Assembly: GCA_036172245.1 (NCBI GenBank)
Contig: JAYWIR010000003.1
Coordinates: 3,410,001 to 3,474,000, forward strand
DNA length: 64,000 bases
Direction: 5' to 3'
Origin: Raillietiella orientalis
Taxonomy: Eukaryota
Under the pieces are notes generated by a model. That model was given only the letters and a program-made list of their open reading frames with translations. It was not told the origin of the DNA and ran no database searches. Both the position numbers and the translations under genes were made by a program. The number at the start of each line of letters is the position of its first letter. The first letter of the stretch is position 1. Positions 35,366 to 48,500 of this stretch are shown here, one piece after another.

Positions 35366-38300
35366 GAGAAGGAACCGTTGTGGAGGAACCGTCAGCGAAG
35401 AAGCCGTTGCTCGTCGGGGGAAAGAGCCGATCTGCTGTGGAATTGTGGAGAGACGGTTCCTATTTATGGAGGGACCAGCAAGTGGTTTCGGGGAGATTTC
35501 CTTGGGTAGGAATTGGAGCGTGATTCCAGGGATCAAGGATTCGGTGGGTGTTTCTCGCTCGTGACCCACGGAGGGTGTCCCTTGCAGCAGTCCCAAACGC
35601 TGAAGAAACCCAGCGGATCCCCAAGAACGTGTTTCGGCAACGCGTTCGCCGAGCGTCAGGGAGCCCGAGGAGTTTCGGGATGGAGTTCTTTGGGGGGTTT
35701 CCAAGGTCCTTTGTCGGATTTCGTCAGCATCTTTTGGCGCCTTTCACCAGTGTCCTTTGGTGCATTTCATCAACGTCTTTTGGCACATTCGCCAACGTCC
35801 TCTGTCAAATTTCACCGACGTCTTTTCTTGCATTTCGAAAGCGTTCTCGGTCCTTCCACCAGTTTTGACGCGCTTTGCCAATGGCCACTGATTCCCAGAG
35901 TCCGCGTCTCCCTTGAGATTTCATGCACGTAGAAACCTATTCTAGATGCCGGAAGGCGGTCTCCCTGTCCCAGTTCCATTACAGGAACCCCCACGAGCTT
36001 TCCCGTCATGCGTCGCGAATTCCCCTTTCAGGAGTGCAACCCTTCGCATCCTTCGGGAACCTTCGCGGAATTTTTTCCCCCCAGGCGAACGTCGACGTCC
36101 TTTTGACGTGAGTCGCAAGCGTCCTTCGACGCGTTTCGACAGAAACCGTTGAGAAATCCTCCCCCCTCCTTCTCCTGGGGCGCATCCCGCTTACAACGCC
36201 CGGCCGGGTCCTCCCGAGTTGCCCGCGCTTCCTCGTAGCAGCGGACCCAACCGTTGGGCTCATCGGAAACACCCATCTCCGAGGCGACTTGGGGATTTCT
36301 GACGGACGCCCCTTCGGTTCACCGACCGCCTCCCCTCTTCCACTTCCGGTTTCCACAAGAAGCGTTTCCCAACGTCGGTGGCCTCCGGGGGCCGCTTCGG
36401 CATTGCTGGGACTCCGCGCCCCTACGAGGAGGGAGGGCTGGCTAGGCTTCAGGAACTCCCCAACTTTCGCTGGGAAGCAGCCTTGGGTGGGCTGCAGCAC
36501 GGAGGGTCACAAGTGCTGCAGCGGCCAAAAAAAAAGGGGGGATCCGGTGGTCGGCCGTGGCACGCCGCTTCCGTTAGGGGGAGGGGACCGAGAAGCGGCT
36601 CCTCTGGCGTGCGACGCGCACCTGGGCGGGGACGCGGTTCCTCTTCGGAAGGCGCCTCACTCTGTGTGGCCTCTCTCGGTCTCGGCTCCTTGCAGACAGC
36701 TACCCCCGGCACGCGCGCGCCTTCCTTGGAAGGAATTCACGCTGTTAGCATCGGGATCGGTGCCTTGCAATACTTGGCCCTCCGTCCCAGGAACGAGCGA
36801 GTGACCGGGAAAGTGGTCGTTGAGGTTCTCCGAGAGCCACAGGTCGGGTAAAGGGGGGCTCTCGCTGGGCCTCGTGACCGCACTCAGTCGGCTCCATGCT
36901 CCCGGAATCTGGGAAGTCCCGGTCTCCTACGGGAATTCCGCCTCGAAGATGACAGGGGAGGCGCCGCCTGGACACGCACGGGACCTCAGCGATGCAGCAA
37001 AGAGAACACAGGAAGACCGGATGTAGCCCGCCCCCTAAGTGCCGTCGGACCGATCACCTACGAAGCACCCAAGGGTGAGACGCGACCGCGGTCTCTTCCT
37101 CCTCCTCCCCGCAAGTGTGCTAAGAAGGGAAGAAGGACGAATTTCCGGCAGGCTCGAGGACGGAATCGTCGGTACTCGGCTGCGGGGATTTTAGAGAGGA
37201 GGCCAATGAGAAGAAGAGGGGAGCTGTAACAGAGTCGGGGTGGAGGGAAGATCAGTCGTGAGGGTGCTAGCAACGCGGATCAGGAAGCCTCGGGTCCTGC
37301 TGCCACAGCCGCACCCCGGGAGGACCTCTGGGAAGAGTGGCATTATAAGTTTGAGCCCCCTCATCCTTCTGTTGCAGCGGTTGTAGGGGCTGCGGTTTTT
37401 GCAGCTCCAGCTGTTTCGCTCTTTCCAGTGGCTGTGCGCCGCTCATCTTTCCAAGTGCTCTGTTTTTTCTCTGCCCACATGTGCAGCTTCCACTCCTGGA
37501 AGCAATGAGAAGGTGCAACTCGCGCCTCAAGTGCCGACGCCGACCCTTCATCCCTCTGTTGAGGTCAGGCGCGAGGACTCCGAGATGCGAAATCCGATGG
37601 AGGAGGAAGGGAGAAAGGGAGGAAGTAGAGAGTAAAGGAGGAGGAAAGAGAGTAAGAGGGGGAGGAGGGGGAAGAAGAAAGGAGGAAGAGAAGGTGGAGG
37701 AAGGGAGAAAGGGACAGCTCCTTCCCTAGTGGGCACCGTGCACGCCTATTTACTGTAGATAAAAGTCCTGGAGAGACCGAGTGAACAAAATATACTCTCG
37801 GGAATCACGACCTCTGAGAGACCAGCCCATTTCATCCTCATTTAGTCCTTCCACAAGTACACTCTATCCCAAGATGGCACGCCGCTCCCACAAGCCCCAC
37901 TGCCGCATGTCTTTGTTTATTTATTGATCCTCTCTCCACTCCCTACTGAAATCGGAAAATTCATAGGAGAGGTGAAGGGAAAAGGGGGCAATGTTATTGG
38001 GGGGGGGGGGTTATGTGGACTATGCCCTTCTTGAACAAATGTTTCAGAAGGGATCACCCAGTCATCTCCTCGTAGCTATGGGGGCGGATCGCTGGCGCGG
38101 ATCCCCCGCGCGGAGGGATGCTGCGGAACTGTGGACGCAACACAGGATCTCACGATCACTGCAGCTGGCTCAGGTCCATCTTTGACCGGAGAAACGGTTG
38201 TGGCAGATTCCTGAGATGCTCCCCAGGGTCCAGGTGTCAAGTTGAGTCTGTCCCTGAGTGGTAAGGCAACTGTTTCGGGAGCAGTCCGGACCTCCTGAAG

Positions 38301-41300
38301 CTCCAACGGGAAGATGCCCTCAGGAGGCCGTCGGACCTTGTCTGTGCCTTTCCAGGAGAGGGAAAAGCACAGGACGTGGTCGCTTTCAATGCAACGGCGG
38401 CCCGTTCCAGCAGGAAAATCTTGGGGCTAGGGAATGGGCACTCTGGCCCTTCTAAAGGCGCTCAGGGACGAACAAGGCAAAGGAGGTCATGAAACGCAGG
38501 CCTTGGTTGCCGCAGTTCCCTTTCTTGGTTCCAGCATTCCTCCCTGCAAGGCACGGGGCCGCACGCGGGCAAGCTTCCATCGGATACTCTGGAGAAAACC
38601 CGCTCCACTCTCTCATAAAGGAAGAGAAGAGGAAAGAAGGGAGAAAGAGGAGAAACGGAGGAGGAGGAGGAGTCCGAGAAAAGGTTGCGAGGAGCACAGA
38701 CGGGAGCATCAGACGTGGGGAAGAGAGTCATGCCGCTGCGTCCCCTTGCCACTTTCCTCCCTTTTATCCACCGCTGCCGCCGCGGCGCCCCAGCCGTTTC
38801 CTCCGCGCGGGATAGCAGCGGCTCCGGTCTTTCTCCCAGCCGTGGCTCAGTTGGCGCCCACGGGAGAGTCACCGCTTCCCGGAAGCGACAGATCCTGTTG
38901 CAGGTCTCTCGCTGTCCCCTTCCTCTTCATTGCTCTTATCTGGGCGGCTTCCAGGAGGAAGGGGGAGCGGAGGAGGATCTCCTGGCAACAGTTCGAAGCG
39001 GAAGGACCCACGCCGGCGAAACCACCCTTTGTCTCGGGAGACGCCCTTGGAGTCTTTCCTTCCCCCTTCGCCCTTCGCACGGCTGGAGACGTCCCGACGA
39101 CGAGAGACGCCTCCGCCCGTCCTGCTTCCCCTTTTTCCTCTCCGATGCTTTCCCCCTTGGCCCCTCTCCGCCGAGCTGATCGTAATCTCCCAAATTAGGG
39201 ATCCAATTCTCCCTGCCTCCATGATCCTCGCTATGGACCGCCCGTTCTGAACACTCGTCGCCCCCCCCCTCGCTGCTGTGGACGCGTTCTCCTCCTGACT
39301 GCCGTCCCGAATTCCCTTCTTCCCCTTCTCCCCTTTTCCACGACTCCGCCTCCTGGAGGATCGAAGCGCGTCACGCAGAACCCTAGGAGCGGATCATGAC
39401 GGAAGGGTCCAGGAGATCCCAGCAGCATCTCGTCCTCAGTCTGAACCGCCTTTGTCACCACTCGCCTCTGGGCATCGTATTGCTTGGTAAGGGCAGTACA
39501 CAGGGCGGAAGGAGAGGGGGACCAAACGGATCCCTCGGAGCCGGGGACTCGTGTTTGAGCGAGTGACTAAAGGAGAGACGGTTGCCGCAGCAACTCGCCC
39601 TCCCTGGCGGGCACCTTGGCGAAAAATGGCGACGCCTGCTCGCCGTTGGTTCCTGATCCTCTTTCCTCATCTCGTCGTTCGTGGGCGTTGCTGGAGTGGA
39701 ACTGCCAACGACGGTGCCAACAGGCGGATGTCCGGAGGATGCGCGTGCGCAGAAAGCCTGCAGGCGAGCGATGACCCCGACTGCTGTGCCGGTGACAGCA
39801 CAGCCGCTTCCTCATCTCCCTCCAGCCAGCCAGCAGACGCTGCGTCTCAACGCGCGCGCGGGATGTTCCTCCCCTCATTTCCCCACGACGCGTCACGTAG
39901 CGTCCGGACCGCGGGGTCCAAGGACTCCTCTGTGATGCAGAAGTCGAAAGGGGAAAAGGAGGAGGAGGAAGGGGAGAAAGAATAGGAGGAATAGAAGAGG
40001 AAGAAAGGCGGAAGAGGAGGAAGAAGGGAGGAAAAGGGGGGGAGGAGTACGATGCAATACAACAAAGGGATATCACTCTGCCGTCTCCTCCAAGACAAGG
40101 CTGCAGGAGATGCGCACGAGAGCAGATGAAGGTGGGGAGGCGCGGCACTCTGACCCGCAGCTCCGGAGGACGCCCTCTCGTGAGTACTGGTCAACCTCCG
40201 CGACCCTCAGAGAAATCCGTTCGGCGCCCAGGGGTGGGACGAGTTGGCGGAAAGGAGGTGATAGCGAATGCTCGCCTCCAGCCCCGTCTCATCTTCTGCC
40301 CTTGCGGTAGCGCCCCATGGGGAAGGGGGGGAGGAGAGGGGGGACTGGAACGATGGGTTTTCCTTCCTTACCCCACTGCTCCATCCTCGCTCTTCATTAC
40401 TCCCTGCTCGCGATGCCATGGAGGATCGTGACGTGGCCGTTGTCAAAAGAATTGTAAGTCCCTTTATTGAATCAAAGAGTATTACTTGATGTCGCTTTTC
40501 TTGGCTGCAAAGCGAACCAAGGAATAAGATTGAATTTGCTTCTCTGAAGAGATCTTTCTGGTTTTCTCGAGAATGAGGATATGTATTCATTAGGCTTATA
40601 GTATTCCTAAGATATAGCTTATCTGCGTCCTCTAGCTATACCTCTCCTTGCAAGTCCCTTCCCTGGCTGGATGCTTCCCATGGCACCGACCGACCTCAGC
40701 CTCACAGCTGAAGGAGAGTCCTCGGACTGGTCCAGTCACGTGCGCAGTCCGCGAAGACTGACGCAGTGACTTTCCCGTGCCACGTTGGAGAGGTTGCTGC
40801 AGCTTCGTCCATCCGTGCATTGAGAGAGGCATGCTGTTCGTGTGCCGCTCATCTCTTTAGGTCCCTCCCTCCATGCTTCCCGACCTTCCATCTTGCGCAC
40901 CCTTCTAATGCAGCGGAGAGGCTCAGGCACTTCCAGGATCAGCTGCTGGGACGTTCTCGAAAGCCCTGCGAATTCTCTCCCTTCCCTTCCCTTCCCCCCT
41001 AGCTGTTATCCTCGCGACTCACACGGGATATGCCCTTCTCAACACCAAGCAGTAGGAAGATCAGGCAGAGAAATCCCTTATGTCTCCCTGCCCGGTGGAC
41101 AAGATCGATGGTCCATAAGAGGATGGGGCACAGCAATCCACCCTCTTACGGACGGAGCTCTGTAGGGAGGAGGGAGGAGACCAAGAGAACGCCTTCAGCT
41201 ATGTCCCTACCTTGGCGTCTTGCCAAGCGTTTCCAGGGGCGACGGAGCCCGTCTGTGCAAGGAAGCGAACCTGCTGGAGACACACGTGACTGGTTCCAAC

Positions 41301-44300
41301 GAAAACAACAGTCGCAGCTCTTTCGCAAGTGGCCTGCAGCGTGCTCCGACAACTCCAAGGGTGGGGGTGAGATGTGCCTCATTGCCGAGAACGGTGGCCC
41401 ATTCCAGAGAGCCGTTGGTGCTTTTGACGGCAAGTTCACTGCACCAACTTGAGAGCTGGCCTGCTGTCGGGGAGAAGCCCCGTGCCAAGAGCCGTTGCTA
41501 GGGAACTCCAGAGAGAGAGGCGAAGATTCCTTGGACCCTTCATCTCCTCCCCTCTCACGAATTACTGCCAGATGCAAACAGTGGTACGAGGTTCCATGTT
41601 CAAGAACACGCTTTGCGGGTGTCTATGGACCACTCGGCTCAGGTTCTCTCGCTTCCCTGATGCAGCGGGTGGCGAGGAAACACACAGGCAAGATGCGGAA
41701 CTTCCTTGCTAGGGCCTCGAGCGTCTGCGGGCAATTCTCCCGCTTCCGCTGGAAGAGTCTGTGGCTGCGAAGTTACCAGCAACGTTCCGGGTCGCAGCAA
41801 AGCGGAGAGCAGGACACCCTCGGGGCGGGCAAGAAAAAAGCAGTAGGGCCGATTCCATCCTGGCGTGGAGTCGATCTCCGCCGGTCCGGAGGCGCCTTCT
41901 CCCTGATCCTGAAAGAAATACTTCTTCGCGGACGGCTTGAGGCGGCGCGATCCTTGAAGGATCTCCCTGGGAGTCACGTCGCGGCATTCCGGATATCTCA
42001 ATCTTTAAGGAGATCCGCACTTTCGGTTCCGCTTCCGGGTGGAGGGGAACTTGAAATGCATCCCCCTCGTTCCCCCTTCTCCTGCCAGCCGTTCTCAGGT
42101 GCTTCTTTACAGGAACAAAGCCGCCTCATCGGTCCACTGCCCTTTCCCACTCCTTGAGCCCCTCTGCCAGCCACCCTGCTGCCGGAGCTCTAGCGGCGCT
42201 TCAGCAAACGTCAGTTCGCCTCATTGCCTTCCTCCCCTCTCCCAACGCATCCCTTCACGCAATTTCTACCGAAAGGAGAAAAAGGGGAACTGAACAAAAG
42301 AGGAGGAAGGAAGTTCTTTTCCGGAAACGCTTCAGCGCCATCACCATTTTCCGATTTCCTAACTGACAGCTCCTCTGGCAGGACGCAGGAAGCAGGAAGG
42401 GGCGACCGCTTCCTGAAAGTCGGGCACTTCTGGCGTCAGCCTCGTTCCGACTGCAGCGCGCCCCGAGACAAACTCCCAAACATGCTAAGGGGTCTGGCTC
42501 CGACGCAATCGAGTCCCACGGGTCAGCAGCGGCGCTCGGCCATACATCCGGTCATCCTCGTCACGTGGGTGACAGCCAGGTGGTGGCTGTCAAAAGTGCT
42601 GCTATCCCCGCTGCGCATGTGCGCCCAATTGCGAGCTACCGCGTCCAAACACAGTCTTTCCGGTCAGGACCCCTCGGGTTCAAGGGCTCCTCTGCGACGC
42701 GGAGGTTGAGGAATGAAAGAAAAAGGAACAGGAAGGGAGGAAGAGGCCTCATCGTTTCTGGCCGGACGAGACCATGGGGACGCACATGTGTTCAATCCTT
42801 GATCTACTGCTCGCCTTCTCCCTCCGAAGCGCGAGGCTGGAAATGCCGCCAGCGTCAGGAGAGGTAGGGTCAGACGGATGGTGGTGCGCGCACTCCAAGG
42901 TGATCAGGATGCTGCTTCCCCTCTTCACCAGTAAAGGGCAGTGCTCGAGCGCAAAGAAGCTGAGAAGCCGTCGCCGCCGCTTCCAAGGCTAGTCAGACGT
43001 CTGGAAGGGTGGAAGCACCCGGGGGAGAAGGTGGACGACATTCTCCCCCGGTCGACACTGGAGAAAAGGTCACTCTCGAGACGAAAAGACGCGAGAGTGG
43101 CAGAAATTGCGCAGTTTTTTATTTGCATTTCCCGTTTCCAGAGCTAATTTTAACTCTTGGAGACCGTGACCGTAAGGATTGCTTGCCGGCGCTGAGGGGG
43201 AGGGGGAAGAGAAAAGGGGGGCGCGCGTTCTCAGTATCAGAGAACACCCCCTCTGTCGGACACTCCTCCTGCCTTCCGTGGGTTTATCATCTCTTTGCAT
43301 TCGTCAGTCCCGGCCATCTTGCCCGATATCCCATCTCACGGTCTGTCTGTCCTCGACGTCTTTCCCCTCCTCGGGCCCGTTGACCAACCTCCCGCGCTCA
43401 CACCCATTCCACTTTTTTCTTCTCTTGGGAGGCCGTCTGGAAGCTTCCTTCTCGAGTGCCCCAAGCAACTCCTGACCACCATTTGCGGAGAGGCAACGAG
43501 GCACCCTCCGACGACCTTGACGACAGTCATCGGAAGACGGAAGGTGCAGTCTTCAGGAGTCAGCTGTCAGTATGATCCTTCACAACTGAGGACTCTGCTG
43601 CTGACGCACCACACATTTCTCCCTCACTGCAAACATCTCCTTGGCCGAAAGCAAATGCGGAGCTGTCCTTAGCTCACATCCAGGGACTCCAAGCTTCGTC
43701 GCTTTGCACTTCCGGCTGGCACCACAGCAAGGGGTTCTTCTAATCCGTTCGTATTTACAGGGCTCCTCGGTCAAATGACATGGTCAAGCGACTGCAGTTC
43801 ACAACCCCACTAATGAAGGATGAAATTGTTAACGATTTTACAAGAGAAACTCGGTCTTTTCCTTCCTTCCTTCCCCCTCCCTCCCACTCCTACTTCCCGT
43901 GTCACGCACACATGTCAAATAAGTAGTATGAAAAATGGCGCCTGATGCACTCAAAGAGGGACAGTTACTGAGCCGGAACTAAGGGAAACCGTGCTCCCGC
44001 AATCGCTTGCAATCTCGGGAGGACGGAGAGCAAAGGCAATTTTTTGACAAGTGCCACTACTTTCACGAAGCGAGAGTTTAAGCACCGGATCCACACTCTG
44101 AACCCCCAAAAGTCGGCAGTAGTAATTTCTTCCCGACTTAATCGCCATTGTCCCCGTACGGAAGATCAGCAAAGCTGCCCAGCTCACTGTCGAAGACCTC
44201 GTTCGTCGACGTCTTCTCATGAAACTCCGGTCCTGTTCAGGTACGGATAGGTCGTAAGGGTATGTCTGTTTATTTTGCAGAAAAGGGCTGCAAGGTACCA

Positions 44301-47300
44301 AAGAGCTCTTTGCACAACGCTTCATTTCTTTTCTCCATTCACCCTCCGATGTTTCTCGGTCCTCACATTCCCGCATAATGGTTCTCTCCCCATCATTATT
44401 CGAATGTGCGATTTCCACGATCCTTGGATTTCTGTTCCAAATCTTTTAGTTGCGGCTGTTTCCGCCGGAGCCGTCAAGCACTGCGTGTCACATGCGCTTT
44501 CTTCTCTTAACTTGCACTTCCAGCTTTCCTCAATCTGAGAAATTCGTTTAATTCGTAACTCTTTTGCTGGTGAGGTCCCGGGTTCCACGGATGGAGTCAC
44601 CATCAGAGTAGGATAAACCACCTTGTGCAGGAAGTTGATCAAACCAATAGGAGCCATGCCAAGTCAGAGGAAAGCAGTCTGAGGAAACACCTCCGTACAC
44701 CGCGGGGAAGAAGTGGCACTCGAGAAATTTGCTCTATATAAAAATCAACACGAAAGTTTTATCACCTAGCGCTGATTTTTTGTTAGGCATGAAAAACTGA
44801 AATCATCTTCAAATCTTTCATTGCATGGGGCTGCTGCTCGCATCTTTGGCGACTTTACAAATCATTTACTCTTTTACAGATCTTCCTCTGATTATTGAAG
44901 CATTTCCTTCGCTGATCTTTCGTTCGCTCATTCGTTCTTTTTCCCCAGAGAAACTGTAGTTGTTCCTAGTTCAAGCAACTCCTGCGTGCATCTGAGCCGA
45001 GGAGCTGCAATTCTTCGAGGGCCAGATGCAACTTCTGAAGGGGGAAGAGGGGCACCCAGGTTCCAAACGCAAGTAACCCTCGTGGAAAATCACTCATTTG
45101 GTCCTTGATGACGGCTTCCCTGAGTCTTGGGTGAGCGTTCGAAAGATCCTATCTCAAGAACTGGGGCTCCACACAGCACCACTTTGCTCTAGCAACGGTT
45201 GGCCACGCACCTACTGCTCAACCGCGTCACGTACCGTAGCTCAGCTAGAGTTTTCTCTCAGGTAAGAGCCCGTGATGTCAAAATGTATTTATTTGTAAAC
45301 ACCACGGAAGAGTTTCGCCATAACTTTCTCAGAGGCCGAGCAGCCAGAGCAGGAGGGACGATAGGCAAGCGGGAGGGCTGAATGACCAGTTGCAGGTTTG
45401 AAAGGTAAACACCAAGAATCACATCTTCCGGAATTCGACATGCTCAAGACAGAGAAGCACGATTCAAAAAGTGCACGCGAACCTTTCCGACGGTGTAGAC
45501 GTTCATCAAACGGTCACTCCGAGGCGCTTATTTACGGATGGGCAAAGAAATATCCAGAGTGGGAAACAAGCTTCCATGTACACTCACTGGGAGGGATTGC
45601 TTGCCGCACCAAGGAGGCCTGAGGAAATCTCCCCAAGGAGTGATCAGTGAGTAAATAAGTACTGTAGGAGCGAAAAGTTGATCACCAGGTTTCCATCCTT
45701 CTCATGAGATTTACTTTCGAAGAACATTGCCTACATCTCGCGACAGATGTAGACCTTGTTCTTGCTCCCAGCTTATTTTCAGCACAGTGGCATTTGGCTT
45801 TCCTCATCACGGAATCTTATGTCCTCTTCTCACTGCCAGTGCTGCAGTTTTGCCGTCGTGATGAGCCATGGATGTGGCACAGGACTGCAACCATGGAGGC
45901 CATTCCCTTTGAAGGGAAACTCAGTAGTTCTTCGAGGGTGTCCTTTCGTTAAGAGAAGACTATATGTTATGCCCGTCAGCACGAAGGGTATTATCTCATC
46001 ACGCGTCAGATGGCGCTCATCGGGAAAGAGAGCGAAGAAGTTGCAGTAGCAGGTATGGATATGGAACCTGCCTTCGATGAGAGCGCCAACTACTCTCTGC
46101 GGCAGTTGGTGCACGCCACGCTCGCACACAAGGAAAGCTCTGTTGCTGTCTTCTAGCGTCCTAATGTGGATTCGCCCAATCCAGGAAATAGTCGAGGTGA
46201 CGATCACTTCCGGTTATGTCGAGAACCAGAGCCCCGAACATCGAAGTCCTTCCTTATTCTTTCCTCCGAAGGAGCCGTCTCCCGGGAGGCTTCAGTCGAG
46301 TTCCCACCTGAAAGAGAAGTTGAAGCCCATGGGTCTCCAAAAAGGACCAAGCGTTTGCGAAGCTTCCATCCTCTGCCTCAGCTGCCATCCTCGAACCCGG
46401 TCCTCCCTCTGCACTCTCTTGAGGATGACGGAAGAGAACTGAGAAAGAAAACTACAAGCAGAGCGTGCTCAGGGAACATCGGTCGGATGCGTCTGAGAAG
46501 GAACCTCAGTCCTCGAAGGAGGGGAGAGCGCCCGCCCTTTGGCGAACCACACGGGTATATACCGTAGTCGCATGCGGTTACTGCTGCTTCTCAGAGACGA
46601 GTAACTCGTCCCCGAAGCCATCCCCTCCGCACCGCCAGGCGTGCCCGCGAAGACCTTTCTTTCCCCGCCGATCTTCCCGGGAGTTCTCTTTCGCCCAGCA
46701 GTCCCTCCATTCATTCGCATTTGCCTTCCCCCTTCTTGCGATCGATTTCACTTGGGCTCAAGATCCTCTGCCGGGATACTGCCGGCTACAGAGACGGAGC
46801 AAACGGATTAGACGCCGTCCCATTTTCCCTCTCAGCCCTTTCTTTCCTTAATCTTTCCTGGATCGCTCGCCCCTGCATGTAGAGCTTCAAACCCGGGGTG
46901 CCTTGCACGACCCACAAAGGGCATCTGACCTACCTTTCGGGTGGGGTGCAGGCTTGAAGATGAGTGTGGAAATCTGAGAAATTCCCCCCCGGAAGTGAAA
47001 AGGTTCTTTTTCCCCCCTCCTGCGCCTCCTCTTGGACCCAAGGAGTCCAGAGGTGGAGGGCAGGGGTCAGAAGGCTCACCCTTTCGGAATACTAAGCTGG
47101 CTGCTCACACTTTTCCGAGGACGTCTGTGCCGTTCGAGGCATTTTGCCTGTTCCCTGTGGAAGGGTTTCCCAGGTCCTGCTCTTCAAAGTGCACACGGAT
47201 CCTCTCCTGCCAATCATCATCCTCTCCTCCGAGCATCGCGAAAATCGATGCACTCCTTCGCGAACCTCCTCATGTTGACGCACTTCCTCCTCCCCCATCT

Positions 47301-47849
47301 CCTCCTCACCCTCCCCTTCTTTTTTGCAATTCTCCGGAGACCCCTCCTTTGAAAGCGCCGTGCGATTGCTTTTCCTCCCCCTCCCCCCCTCCCCTCCTTC
47401 TCCATCCTCCCTCCCTCCGCCTTCCCACTGCCACTGTTCGAGCCTCCGAGCTTTGCAGACGCGGGTCTCCTCAGTAATGCCTCTCTCCTTTGTTCATGGA
47501 CTCCTGTGTGCGAAAATTTCGGGAGCTTCCCTAGCACTCGTAGTTCCCTACTCGCACCCGGAGGGTGATGCCTTTCTGATGAGACCGCCAGTGGGGCAGA
47601 AGCTTTTGACGTCTTTCCCATGCCTTCCTCCTCTCTTCCCCCCCCCCCCCTTCTTCACATGCCGTCCCTTCTCTCTCCTCTTTTTCGTGGCGGTCCGGAG
47701 AGGGGGGCATCCCTGAAAAGCTTTGAGAAAGAAGTCTTTGAGCACCCCTTTAGTGACCTCGAAGCGGTTTTTTTTTCACGTGCTACTGTCACCCTCCGAG
47801 AGCCGAGACCTCCCTTCGCGCGCTGAATGCACGTAAGAGAACTCATGGG

Positions 47850-48500
47850 CATGACCTAGGAAGGATCTGCATCAGGACGGTTATGGAAGACCAGGAGAGG
47901 TGGATGCTACACATCGTCTCAGCCCCCAGATGCAGTATTGAGTACTCTGGAGCTCTCAGCTGCCGACCGGAGAGGTTGACTCGAGAACCGGCCAGATGAG
48001 GATCGCAAAGACTGCAACAAGCTTGTAATTGGGTGGATGGCGACCGCTCTAGCCGCCAGAAGCGGTTGCCAACGAGTGGGAACTGACGAAATGTTGCAGC
48101 GCTGTACGGGAAGGCATCGTCAGCGAAGAGCTGGAGATCTCCCTCCCCCTCACCCTTTCGCTCCCAAGTTCCTGGACAGCTCTCTGTCCTCCTCAAACTC
48201 CTCCTATCTCAGATAGTGACCATGTTCTTCAGCTGTGGCTCCTCTCACCATAGACAACGTTGCCTACACAGCAAAGAAGAAAGAAGTTCCGCTTAACTTG
48301 TGGAGTAGCAGACTGTATCGAGTCCATCGGTCTTTGAAATGAGGAGGGCTGCCACCACGACCCTACCGAGGGAGCGTCGTAGGAACGCATTCCAGATCAT
48401 CATCGCCCTCAAGAAAATCTTCTGCATCCCCATTGGTCCATTAAGCGATGAAGGCGGACGCCGGTTGCATCGTGCGGCGGTTTCCCAGGAGAAGCGGCTA
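47850..48500 (-). mobile_element. Decayed LINE reverse-transcriptase fragment
   Basis: VVVAALLISKTDGLDTVCYS (resembles VFLDISKAFDTV.H) is followed by LQLFADDA (FADD catalytic motif) and HLGAETMCSIHLSWSSI (resembles YLGV..D.HLSW..HI). Frames are broken. Confidence 0.5.

Noticed and set aside
37380..44660. Additional faint LINE-like peptide echoes (near 37400, 40650-41100 and 44600)
   Set aside because: These are single weak motifs without ordered support and are too degenerate to call.
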